Part shown: in pieces, positions 44,061 to 55,500 of the stretch | Numbering within the stretch: position 1 is the stretch's first letter | How the letters are laid out: every line of letters begins with the position of its first letter | Source: Blastocladiella emersonii ATCC 22665 | Lineage: Eukaryota > Fungi > Blastocladiomycota | Length of the DNA stretch: 64,000 nucleotides | Direction: 5' to 3' | Assembly (NCBI GenBank): GCA_025594325.1 | Contig: JANHCV010000004.1 | Span: 1,860,001-1,924,000, forward strand | The notes under the pieces: model-generated | Database searches by the model: none | The model's input: the letters and a program-made list of their open reading frames with translations, nothing else | Told to the model about the DNA's origin: nothing | Program-made: the position numbers and the translations under genes

Positions 44061-47000
44061 TCACAGCGCGCGGGCGAGCCGCGGGTCGCTCTTGAGGCGG
44101 CGGTCCATGGCGAGGTACAGCTCGGGCGCCGTCTCCTTGTGGCGAGCGAGCCGCTTCTCGAGGACGTGGATACGGAACAGCGCCTCGTTGCAGAAAGCCA
44201 CGTACTCGTCCGTCTCCTGCGGCGACATGCCCTCGGCGTTCTTGGAGTAGAGCTGCTGCCGCCGCTGGTACGCCGCAGTCTCCTCCTCGTACCGCCGCTG
44301 GATGATGTTGGCCTTCTCGATCAGCCGCTCCTTGAGCGCCTTGAGACACGCCTCGCGCACCGCACTCGCCTCCTCGCGCGTCAGCGCGTGCGCGTTGCCC
44401 ACGTTGAGCAGGAACGGCGACAGGTAGTCGACCGACGCCTCCTTGGACGCCTCCTCGGCCTGCTTCTGGCTCTCCTTCTCCATCTCGCTCGCGATATCCT
44501 GTGTGCGCGTGTCGTTAGTGTCTCCGTCGCTGCCGCCCCAGCAGTTGTTACGCACCGTCTTGTTCCGGATCGTGTCGAACAGCGACACGGCGAGCTGGAT
44601 CCCGCGCTCCTCGGTCTGCCGCGCCATGAGGATCTCCTTGATCTCGCGGTCGCTCGCCTTGACCGCGTGCATGCACGCCTGCTCGGCCTTGAGCAGCTCG
44701 CACAGCTTGGCGTACAGGTGCTGCTTCTTGAGCGGGTGCATCGGCGGCCGCGTGTCAAATGCCGTCGTCAGGTCCATGAACGATGTCTTTTGCTCGGGCG
44801 ACGGCTTGCGGAACTCGCGCCACGCCGCCACGATCGCCCCCGGGTCCGCGTGGTACACGAGCCGGATCCGGTCGTCGCGCAGCTGGAACACGCGCTTCGC
44901 CACGTCGCGACCGCCGAACAGCGACCGCGGTTTCGCCGCCTCGAGGTCCTCCTCGTCCTCTTCTTCGTCGGCCTCGTCCGTGCCGCGCTTACCGGACAAG
45001 CTCGCGTCGAGCGACGAGCCCGCGTCTCCCGTATCACCGCCGCCCTCGCCGCCCGCTGCCCCGCCGTCGGCCGAGGCGCGGTCGCGTGCCCGCTTGGCGA
45101 GCCGCGCGCGCGAGATCACGTCCGTCGGCATGAACGGGAACGTTGGTCGCGCGTTACCGCGCCGCCGCGCATACTTTTCCGTCATCTTGACCACGGTCGC
45201 GTGCTGCTCGCTGACCCCGGCGCCGCCGCCGTTACCGCCCGCCGCAGTGCCGGGAGCTGCCGATGTGCGACCGGCAGCCGCCGCAGCCGCCGAAGCCGCA
45301 TCGTCGCCAGGGGCAGGTGTGACGGGCGCCGTGACCACGGGCTCGTCGTCGGCGTCGCCGACGAGCTCGTGGGTGACGGACCGGTACACGAGCCGATCGG
45401 ACCGGTCCTCGAACCGCTCCATGATCTTGGTGCCCGTCTCGACGCGGTCGTAGAGCCCGTCGCTGCGCGCGCCGGGGAAGAAGCGCATGCGGACGGTGCG
45501 ACCGTTCTCCATGACGTGCTCCATGAGGGCGAGCGGGCGGCCGCGGTCAAAGAACTCGTGCAGGACGCCGCGCGCGGGGACGCGCACGCGGCGCACGAGC
45601 CGGTCGCGTCGGTTCTCGAACCGCTCGTGGATCTCGCCCGTCACGTTACGCCGCGGGTCGCTGAACAGCGTCACGCGCGCCACCATGCCGTCGGGCCGGT
45701 GGTACGCCGCGAAGACCTCGAGTTTCGCGTTGCGCCACGTCTGCACCTTGGCGCCCGACGGGCACCGCGACGCGAACTGCTCCTTGGACACGGCCAGCTT
45801 GGCGACCCACGACGGCGGAAGGTCGAACAGCTCCGTGTCTCCGCCGTCTCCCGCCTCGCCGTCGTCTTCCTCCTCGTCGGCGCCGCCGCCGCCCGCACCC
45901 CCTGCGCCGCCTGCGCTGCCCGGTGCGCCGCCGGCGGACCCGGGCAGGAGCGTGGGCTGCGAGTTCTGCATGAAGATGAACTCCCACTTGGTCGAGTCGC
46001 CGAGGTCGAACGAGATGCCCTTGAGCCCGTACAGGCACTTTTGCATGTTGACCCAGTAGTTGGTCGAGCTGAACACGCTCTCGACGCCGAGGTACTTGGG
46101 GTCCTCGAGGTCGTGCACTTTGCCCGTGCTCGGCTCTACACTCGCACTCGCGGTCAGTCTCCGCCGGGTGCGCGGGAGCAACAGCGCGCGTACCAATGAA
46201 GAAGGCCTCGGCGATATCGCGCTTGCCGGGGAGCACCAGGACCCACGCGTGGACGCGGAGCCCGGCAATCTCGTCGTCATCGTCGTTGACCGCGTACTGC
46301 GCCGTGAGCTGCTCCTGGAGCGCGCGCGCCCGCTTCTCCTCCTCGGCCGCCTTCTTGGCCTCCATGAGCGCCAGGAACCGCGACTTGAGCGCCGCCTTGG
46401 TCTTGACCTTGTACTTGGGCTCCACCGGCTCCGCGGCGGCGGCCGCGGGTGGTGCGGCCGCGGTGCTCGGTTTCGACGAGTTGAGCGACGCGGCCGACGG
46501 GCGGCGGCCGCCCTTGGCTGCAGCTGCCGCAGCACCGGCCGCCGCCGCAGCGGCCCGAGCAGCGGACGCGGTCGGGTCCGGGAACCCCGCGTCGGCCATG
46601 AGTTTGGGCACGGGGATGTCGAGGTGCGTCTCGTCCATGAGCGTCACGGTGCGCGCCGCGTACCCGGACACGACGAACGCGTCGAACCCGGCGCCGCGCA
46701 GCAGCGAGGTCAGGATCACGGCCATGTCGAAGCAGTTGCCCGTCTGCATGGTCAGCGTGTAGGTCGGGCTGTTAAGGCGTTGGGGCTAGAATTTGGCGAC
46801 GGTGAGATGACGCGGACGTGGAAGAGAGCAGGTTCAGCGTACCAGCTCGTACGGCGGGTCGAGCGGCTGGTACGCAATGTAGTCGGCGACGAACCGCGCG
46901 CAGCTGCGGTAGTCGTAGAGCTCCTTGAACCCGAGCTGCGACGGGCGGATCGTCGTGCACACGAATTTCTACACTGACCCGCGTGAGTCGACCCGCTCAA

Positions 47001-47614
47001 TCGCGCTACGCCGGGCGCTTACGTACCCTCACGCCAAACTCGTTCTCGGGCGTCAAGAACAGCTCGGTGCGGTGCGGGAACAGCGTCGCGTACTGGAGCC
47101 GAAAGTTTTCGACGTACTTGAGCATCTTCTCCTCCTTGGGCGACGTGCTCCAGTACCCGCGCGGCGCGCGGTCGCGGTCGACGAGCCCACGGTGGATCTC
47201 CATGCGCCGCTCGCGCACCGCCTCGGCGTGCCGCCGGTCGTTCTCGTCGTGGTCCGGGTGCACCGCCGCCGTCGGCTCAAGCTGCAGCGTTGACGCCGTC
47301 GCGTCGCTGCCTGCACCGCCGGGGATCGAGGACAGCTCGCCATCGGCGCCAGATGAGGGTAGCGGTACTGTCGAGTTGTCGAGCCCGGACGTGCTGCCAT
47401 CCCCGTTGAGCGCGCCTGCAGCGGCTTTGGCGGCCATGGCCGCGTTGACGACGTTGAGCAGCCCCGGCTCGCTCCCTGCGGGGAGGAGGCCAGCTTTGGG
47501 CGTCATTGCGGCACCGTCGTGCGAGGCCGACACGTCGCCGCTTCCACTCGCGGGGTCGCCGTTGCCCGAGAGCGCCGCGGTGCTTGCGCTCGCTGGTTGG
47601 TCACCGGCTAACAT
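44061..47614 (-). CDS. DRC7: Dynein regulatory complex subunit 7 (CCDC135); multi-exon
   Basis: 'KEEKMLKYVENFRLQY..R.ELFLTP.NEFG', transglutaminase-like 'GNCFDMAVILTSLLRGAGFDAFVVSGYA', 'HAWVLVLPGKR', 'YLGVESVF..NYWVNMQ', 'CLKALKERLIEKANIIQ'. Confidence 0.88.
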
Positions 47615-47811
47615 GGTCGTTGCAGGTTATGCGATGCATGGAAGTGCGTTGCAAAGCGAATGGGAGGACAACTAAGCCCATCCCCTCAAAGCCACGAGAC
47701 GCGACACCGCGACGCGACGGGAGACGCGTCGGGCGTCACGCCTCCAAGGGCGTGACCTCGGTCGATCGTTCCGCGCCCCTTCAACTCGCTCCAGCTCATG
47801 TAACTTAGACC

Positions 47812-48479
47812 ATGGAAACACTAGACTCGTCGCAACGTGCTCTACCGCGTCTTGCAATCATATTGATGGGCATCAGCGGATGCGGTCCGTCAGTCGAACC
47901 TCCCCACACTTGCGCCACTGAGCTCATCGCGGCGAGATCGTAGGCAAGTCGACGACCATGGCTGCTCTGTGCTCCCGCCTCGCATCTATGCCGCTTGCGT
48001 CTTTTGCTCCTCACACCGTGACCGCCATCGAGGGCGACGGCCTGCACCCGCCCGCGAACCGCGCCAAGCTTGCGGCCGGGATCCCGCTCACCGACGAGGA
48101 CCGCGCGCCGTGGCTGCGTGCTGTCGCCGCCTCGATCGCGAATGCACCGACACCGATCGCCGTCGCAACGTGTTCCGCGCTCCGCGTCGCGTACCGCCGG
48201 CTGCTTGCTGAAGCGAGTGGCGTACCCACCGTCTACATCTGGCTCGACGTTCCCGCCGTCGAGGTTGCAGAACGGTTGGCGCGGCGGACCGGCCACTTTG
48301 CCGACCCGGCGATCCTGGCGTCTCAGGTCGCGACGCTCGAGGTCCCCGTGGCGGGCGAGGGCAACGGGTTCGGGTACACGGTCGTACGCGTTACCGTCGC
48401 GAGCGACGTGGAGAGCGTCGTGGACGGGATCGTTGCCGGGATTCCCTTGGCCCTGAGGGAGCTCTCGCGTCCGTGTTAA
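47812..48479 (+). CDS. Gluconokinase (GntK/IdnK family); intron 47885-47943
   Basis: Splicing rebuilds the P-loop 'IILMGISGCGKST'; then 'EGDGLHPPANRAKLAAGIPLTDEDRAPWL', 'CSALRVAYR', 'HFADPAILASQVATLE'. Confidence 0.92.
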
Positions 48480-48544
48480 ACCATTGATTGAAGCAAATAT
48501 GAACTCGGCCGATTGTATTACAGAATGGACTCTGGTTCCTTGAT

Positions 48545-48832
48545 TTACAGAATGGTGCACGGGGGAGCCTGGTAAATCCCGGCGATTTCGAACAGAACGG
48601 CCTCGACCTCGTGGTCGCTTGCCGTCTCGGTGAGGCATGGCTCGATCATGCTCCACACGTCCGCGGGAATGAGCTCGCGCACGGCCGGCAGCACCTGGCG
48701 CAGCGGGGCGTAGCCGGTCGCCTCGCGCAAGTTGGCCAGGAACTCCATGGCAGCGTCCGCGTTGCAAGCGGACATGGGCTGAACGTCGATGTCAAGCTTC
48801 GAAGCAGTAGCGGGGCGGGCGGCGGCGAGCAT
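48545..48832 (-). CDS. Small (~95 aa) hypothetical protein ending in CaaX motif CTIL
   Basis: ACC-ATG at 48832, TATAAAA ~65 bp upstream, GC3-rich codons, stop convergent with gluconokinase. Confidence 0.55.
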   Translation of the reverse strand: MLAAARPATASKLDIDVQPMSACNADAAMEFLANLREATGYAPLRQVLPAVRELIPADVWSMIEPCLTETASDHEVEAVLFEIAGIYQAPPCTIL

Positions 48833-49364
48833 GGTTGGACGTGAGGAACAGGTGGCTGTGACGAACAAAACCCGTTGCGAGGGGGGTACGCCGCCTTTTA
48901 TAGGGCCGACCCTCCCACAAAGTAGTCTCGCGCCATCGTGGATTCGTGCATCTGGGATCTGGAGCCATCCACCCCGTCTGACCCAGAGATGACTCAATCC
49001 GAGGTGGCGCAGGCTTGATCCGACCGCTGTGGGCCAAGCCGAGGACCTCTTCCGTCAGCCACGAAGCTCCTCCGTCAGCCACGAAGCTTGTCCGACTCGC
49101 CCCCCTCTCAATCCGATGGCCTCGCGCCTTTCTGTCTAGTCTGTCTCGTCAACCCTCGCTCTGGCCCGTCTGCCGCCGCGGCCGCCGAACTGGCCAAGGC
49201 GCGCGCTGACTGGCCGGCCGACGGGCTCGGAATTTCTCTAAGTCCCTGGCGCCGCGGCTCGCGACCACCGACTTTTCGCCCAAGTCCTCGCGCATCAGCG
49301 ACTCTCGCGGGTAGATCTCATGAAAGCTTGTTGCAATAAGGATGTATCAGTCGATTCCAATCAC

Positions 49365-51460
49365 TCAGTTGGTTGGTATGTTGAGCGATTGGCAAACGTC
49401 TGAGTTGCGGAGCAGCATGAACGAGTGCGCGTCCGCGTACGCGTTTGAAAGGAACTCGCCGGTCTTGTGCGGACTTGGGATGAGGTTGAGGACACCCTCG
49501 ACCGTCTCGGCGTCGTGGATGTCGTGGCCGTGCGCTGGATCCGTCACCTTCTGCACGAGCGAGACGCGCGCGTAGACGGCGATACCCGTGTCAGGGCAAC
49601 GGCGGACGAACTCGAGTCGCTCAACGACGGCGGCACGTCTCGTCGGGCCACCCGCGTGGTGGTACTCGACGAACTGCACGAGGCGGCCGATGCGGCGGGT
49701 ACCCGACCCCGTGTTGAACAGCAGACCGTCGCGGGCCTCGCGGTTGTGGTACTCGCCGAGTCGCACGTGCGCGGTCTGCACGATCTTGTGGCCGATGAGC
49801 ACGTCTGAGATCATGGTGAACTCAGCCTGCTCGTAGATGGTGATGCGCGAGGTGGAGTCGAAGGCCTCGGACGGCGGCACGCGGCACCGGTTGAAGTCGT
49901 GGCGCGGCGCGAGTGCACCGTGGCGAGCGACCAGCGGACGTACGGCGGGGTGCACGTTCCCGTCGGCGGTGCCCTCGAGCTCGATGAGCGATTTGGGCGT
50001 GAGCTCGCCGCGGCCCACTCGCGACGACATGGACACGTAGATCTCGCCAGCCGCGAATGGAGGCGGCGGGACCGGGCTGCGCGAGAGCAGGACGTGCGCG
50101 TACTCCGTGCGCCGCTCCTCGGTCATGAGGTCGGGGCAGTAGTAGGCGACGCGCACCATGATGTCGTCGATGCCGTCGCGGAGCGAGACCCACGAGGTGG
50201 ACGAGTTGCAGTTGGTGCGGCGGCCGGCGACCTTGATGGTGACCGAGTGCTCCTTCTCGCCGGACTGCGAGCCCTGCGCGTCGACCGAGGCGTACATCTC
50301 GATCAGCGGGCGGTAGTGCGAGAGGGCGTGCAGTTTGGCGGGCTGCGGGATCTTGGCGCGAGCCTCCTCGGCGTCTACGGCCCCGTCGGCCGCGTCGAGA
50401 CCGCCGCCGTTCGTGTCGACGTCACGGCTGCCCGCGGTACCCGCTTCGACGCCCTTGTCATCAGCGTCCCACACAGTTCCGCGGCGATTCAGAGCGACGC
50501 CGTAGCGATGAGGTCGAGAACAGGGGTTTGAGTTGCATGGCAATGCGAGGGCACGGGAGGGGGGACCGTCGACGCGACGAGCGACCGAAAACGCCTAGTC
50601 CGCTTGGGCGCTAGCAACCGGTCACGGGTCTCCACGTGGGGATGTCGCTTCGAGCTTCGCCTTGCAACGGCCAAAACATGGGCAGGTCGATGTCTCGGTC
50701 AGCTCTCCACTCGCAGGCCATCAACAACCATGAAGCACTTCAACGCCATGTAGCCCGACGGCGTACCGCGCCGCCTCAACTCAACCACCGCCACGGCTAC
50801 TGCCAGTTCAGTATCGCCGCGCAGCCGAGCGGAACCCGCATCCCTTGAATCGATGAAGTCATCCGGGGTAAGTGCGTCTGTTCGCGCGACCGCTGCAACC
50901 GCTGACGCCGCGAAGCCGGCTGGAATCGCTGAGTTCGGATACCGCGGATACCCATGTTTGTTGCTAATAACCACAACCCTCGTCCGTGCAACAGTTGGTG
51001 GCTTCGCCCACGCTCGAGGACAAGTTGCGACATGCACCGCGAGGAGAGCCGCCTAGTGTTCCGTGGTCTCGGCGGGCACGCGGCGACCCGTGGCCGCGCT
51101 CACGCGCTGCTGAAGTACATGGTGCGCGCCTCGCTGCCAGCACCGGCCCGCATAACTAACGCGAGTTACAACGATGTTCGCGTAGCTCCAACTCGTACAC
51201 GGTCGACGGTGTCGAAATCTAGGTCGCCTAAGCCGCCTGTCGTCGCCACGGCCGTCGCGCGTCGACTCGCTTGCTGCTCGCACTCGACGCGTAGCTGTAC
51301 GGCGTTCCTGCACCTCGTCATCCCACGTTCGGCACCGCCATGGCCTAAGCACCATGCTCCTCGTGCCGCGCGCGCCCTGGTTCGCGACCGCGGCCAGCGA
51401 CTTGGCGGCGAGTCGAATCTGGCGCAGTGCAGGTTGATGCAGCAGCGCGGAAAGATTCAA
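49365..51460 (-). mobile_element. Degenerate Plavaka-like DNA transposase (C-terminal half intact in ORF 49365-50543; upstream part broken)
   Basis: 'KLHALSHYRPLIEMYAS..QSGEKEHSVTIKVAGRRTN' and terminal 'VEGVLNLIP..EFLSNAYADAHSF' match my recollection of Plavaka transposase motifs. Upstream fragments ('LLHQ', 'PRYP..LT') are only suggestive. Confidence 0.62.
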
Positions 51461-52171
51461 CTATGATATACTCGTACTCTGAAACTCATTTTTATCGCGT
51501 CCTGATCGTGTCCTGAATTTTGAGCCGCCTTAATTCCGAGGGACCTCGCCCGTTTTTTTGCTCGCGAGCTCATCCGCCAGCGGACGGCTCGATCTGACGC
51601 TCGAGGCTCAATCCGACGCTCAGGGCGATCCGACAGGCCGTTCGATTTCTGACTCGAGAGGTCAAAAATCGACCAACCCTTCTCGGAATTTGATCAAGCC
51701 GCTCAAACTCTTCCCCAGCCTCTCGGAACCCACTGCCGATGAGGCGACATTTGTTCAGCCCGTCAGACGCGTCAAACGCGGTGAATCGAGACCCAAATAA
51801 ACCTACGATGGCGCTGGAAAAGTTAAGGGACGCGTTGTCCATGGCAGGGGTCGTATGACCTCGCGAAGCCACTCGCAGCCGTGGCGACGATGTATGAAGG
51901 CTCATTTTGACATTTTGATCGGTGGCGATGATCTAGATGAAGCCCCGGCAGATAAAGCTGAGCCACCCCGCAAAGCCACCAAGTCACAGGGGCTGAGACG
52001 CGTCGAAATATCATGTGGGCGTGAGACGGTTCACTTTTTAGACGCGTTCCGGTACCGCGCGACGTTGCAAGTCGCCCAGCGTTTCCTTTTCGTGTCTCTA
52101 AGATTGGCTATAAAGCGCGAAGCCATCACCCGCGCACGTGCTGCCCCTTGTGAAGCTGCAGGCCTGGAGAC

Positions 52172-53335
52172 TTGCGGCTCGTGTGCGGCACGCTTCTCAA
52201 GACAAGCCATCTCTTCTCTGAAGAACCTCTTTCAAGACGGCAGTCGTGTTGCAACACGGTTTCCTGCATGACGCAGCTGCGCAGCGGTGCGTTTCAGGTT
52301 CGCGGAAGTTCATGCCGACTTCGAGGTGTGGCGCCCTGCTGGCAACAACGGTTCTCTTCTGTCACTGTCACCATCCCCGCTCTCTCTTCCGGACCAAACA
52401 ACTTGCTGCTTCCCAGCATCTTCACTATGACAGCTCATGCACTCGGCGCCGCGGCTGGCGGGCTCCCCCACATGCTCGCCGTGCAACACTTTCTCGACAT
52501 CGCCGCCAGCCTCGTCATTGGCGCGAACCCTGGAATGCCGATCAAGGAAGCGATTCCTGCGGCTCATGAGCGCGTCCTGCTCCTTGACGAGGAGCTTGGC
52601 GACGGCTTTGCCGACGTCATAACCTTTTTCCCACCCCGCCAGCTGCAGCGCCGCTACAGCAAGATGCACGTCGACTTCTTCACGCCGCCCGGGTCGCTGC
52701 ACGCCGAGCACTACGCGGTTATCTCGCCCGACGATGCGGAGCTCTTCTGCAACACGCCGTGGAGCAAGCACTCGCGCACCAAGGCCGCCACGCTTCGCGC
52801 CACCTGGGCGTTTCTCACGAGTCGCAAGGTGGTCGTCTTTATCGTGGACCTCGGCGGTCACCACATCGCTGTCGCAGCGCGCTGGGGGTCGGATTGCGTG
52901 CGCTTGACCACGTACGATCCGCTGCAGTCGGACAAGTACGCTGCCGACCTCAACCGCATCTGCGCGAACCTGGCCCAAGTGCTTCGTGGTCTGTTCGGCG
53001 ACGCTTCGACCCGCTTCGAACGCGCTACGTTCCGCCGGTTCCAGCAGCCCGACAACCACGACTCGCAGCTGTACTGCCTGCTCTTTGCCGACGTCATGGC
53101 CATCGAGGCGCTCGACGGTCCGCTGGCACGTCACTCGCTGCTCGCTGACGAGCACGCCTTCCCGCTTGCTCGTCGCGTCGACTTCTTTGGCGCCGAGGAC
53201 GACGACCCGATGCGCGAGCTCCTTGCGCACGGTCCCAGCATGAGCAAGGCCGAGTTTGACAAGATGTGCCAAGATCCCGGCACGCAGCACACGATTCGCC
53301 GGTTCCACGTTCTCGGCTGTTACCTGGTACGCTGA
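52172..53335 (+). CDS. Ulp1/C48-like protease-fold protein, catalytic Cys apparently replaced; boundaries uncertain (ATG ~52427)
   Basis: 'VFIVDLGGHHIAV', 'TYDPL', 'QQPDNHDSQLYCL' align to the Ulp1 pattern H-W..D..QQxNxxDCG. Confidence 0.55.
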   Translation: MRLVCGTLLKTSHLFSEEPLSRRQSCCNTVSCMTQLRSGAFQVRGSSCRLRGVAPCWQQRFSSVTVTIPALSSGPNNLLLPSIFTMTAHALGAAAGGLPHMLAVQHFLDIAASLVIGANPGMPIKEAIPAAHERVLLLDEELGDGFADVITFFPPRQLQRRYSKMHVDFFTPPGSLHAEHYAVISPDDAELFCNTPWSKHSRTKAATLRATWAFLTSRKVVVFIVDLGGHHIAVAARWGSDCVRLTTYDPLQSDKYAADLNRICANLAQVLRGLFGDASTRFERATFRRFQQPDNHDSQLYCLLFADVMAIEALDGPLARHSLLADEHAFPLARRVDFFGAEDDDPMRELLAHGPSMSKAEFDKMCQDPGTQHTIRRFHVLGCYLVR

Positions 53336-53813
53336 CTCAGTCTCTCGACTGTACAGGACATGAAGGTTGACCACGTACCGGTGTCCCTAGAGCAAGGCGG
53401 GTGCGCTCGTTGATCAGGCGGACTAGGACAACATGCACTCGTCGAGCGGAAGTCTGGTTTAGTACGAGTTTAATGGTAGCTGTTTCGATCATAAAATTTC
53501 AGATCGTCACGTTCCTGAACAGTTCGCCCAGTACTTTTTCCTGACGAGGCCTTGAAGCGGCCTATCACCACTGACCGCAGGTAAATAACGACACGCGTTC
53601 ATCCTGCTTTCGTGAAGCAAGGTTGTAGACAGCGGTTAAGTTTTTTTTGTCGCGAAACGTGTGTTCGTGCTAAACACTTGAGTCGGAGATCGCTCGGTTG
53701 ATCTGCAACTCGGTTTCGACCGCGTTGCGCCACAGCGTGAGCGTGCAGCCGGTGGCTTGACAACGCGCGTTCGCCGCTGATCGCGCCGCTCCCACCGCGA
53801 GCATGTCAAGCAA

Positions 53814-54993
53814 ATGGACTCGATAATTGCGACGGACATAAACGACCCCCTGCAACGCGCTCCAATCGGCCAGCTCAGTCTGGCGACCGGCGACGAGGCT
53901 CCGCTGCGACGACCTTCGGCGCCGCCTTCACATCCCGCCGAGCGGGCGCTTCAACTGCTGGACCTCCCGCAAGACGTACTCGCAAACATTATTCACGTTG
54001 TTCTTGAATTCGCCGGAACTCGAACGTTTTGGGCTATAGTAGCGACAAGCACCGTTCCGCCACCTGTCAACGTCCGATACAGCAGTCTACTTTCCGCGGA
54101 CTCACCTGGTCATCTCCTCCCCGCTCGGCGCAATTGTCCCAGGCACTCCAATCACGAAAGCTTTCCCAAGGCGCTTATTATTTGTTCTCGCACGCGTGTG
54201 CGCGCTCCTTCCTTCGCGGCCGCTTGTTTGCCGCCCAGTCCACATCACGCTGTTGCCTCCTCGCCTCGATCAAAGCTCGGTCCAATTGGATGTCGATGCC
54301 ATCAGCACCGCCTTTAATCTGATGGCTATTTTCATCAACCGAGTGATCGAGCCGCGTTTCGTCACGCTTGACCTATCGCTGCTGGAGGAGGACTTGACAT
54401 CAGCGTTCTTGCGAACGCGTCTCATACTTCTCCGCTACAATGGAGACCTCGAGTATCGACTAGCCGGACGCGCACCCGCACTCCGCTACACTCACCGTGC
54501 CTCGGAATTCTCGAGCGGCGCCGGCATGTGCTGGCCGATTGGTCCCTTGCTCCCTGCACCGTTCCTCGCCGTTTGTTCTGGTTGCGGTAAGCGGGCGGTG
54601 CTCGGCGATGGCACCGAATGGCGATGCTCGAGCTGCTTGACTGAAGCGCACCAAGACCACGACGGCCAAGTCGCGGACCAGCAGCAGTCTAGCCCAGAGT
54701 CGCAGCAGGAGCCGGAGCCGCAGCCGCAGACGTGTTGGACATGCCGCAAGCTCGCCTCGGACTATGCACCGCTCGAGAACGTTTGCCAGCACGAGGGCCA
54801 CGCTTCTCCCGAATCGTTCCGAGTCTTTCTCGAGATCCGCGCAGCCTGCGCGCCGCGCGTCCGCCGACTTGGGTGCGACTGGTGCTTCTACGGCAACGGC
54901 GGGGATCCCATGTGGCCGTACCCACCGCCAGCGCCTGCAGTCGCTCAGCCCGAGGTCGGTCCGGCCGAGGAGGCCGCCCAGGTCGCCGAGTAG
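53814..54993 (+). pseudogene. F-box-like/Cys-rich gene split over three reading frames
   Basis: 'LLDLPQDVLANIIHVV' (F-box-like), second-frame 'SATCQRP', third-frame ORF with CxxC pairs (CSGC, CSSC, CWTC, CDWC). Confidence 0.4.
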
Positions 54994-55500
54994 TCCGCGC
55001 GGGCCCACGTCGTTTGCACTGGTTCAAGTTGCTCGCGCGGGCTCAGTGCCCCGCGGGGTCTGCTCTCTGTATGAATAAACGCCGCTATTGGCACTCCGAG
55101 ACGACGCAGCCGCACAGACGCGTGAGGTGGCGCGAACACCACCGCGCGCACAGCCTGCAGCGAATGGACGCGTCAGTCATCTCACGTGCGGGGTTCAGCC
55201 ACTCCACATCCCTCGCCCGACGTTCGCTGACTCCGACCATCGATCCCGCCGCGGGTCAAGAGTGAGAGAGTGAGGGAGAAGAACACGGCCGTGTGTAATA
55301 GTCGAGGTACTGCATGCGGATCTGCAAGGAGGGGGTAGTGGTTTAGCTGCTGCTGCAACGAGCACGGACGGGGACGGGTGAGGGATGCGGGAACGGTATC
55401 GATACGAGACGCGAGGGAGGTGGGATATGCAAATGGGCGAGCAAAATAGCGGGATAGACAAAAAGGGCGATGCGGGTGGGGATGATGGAAAACTGCTTTT

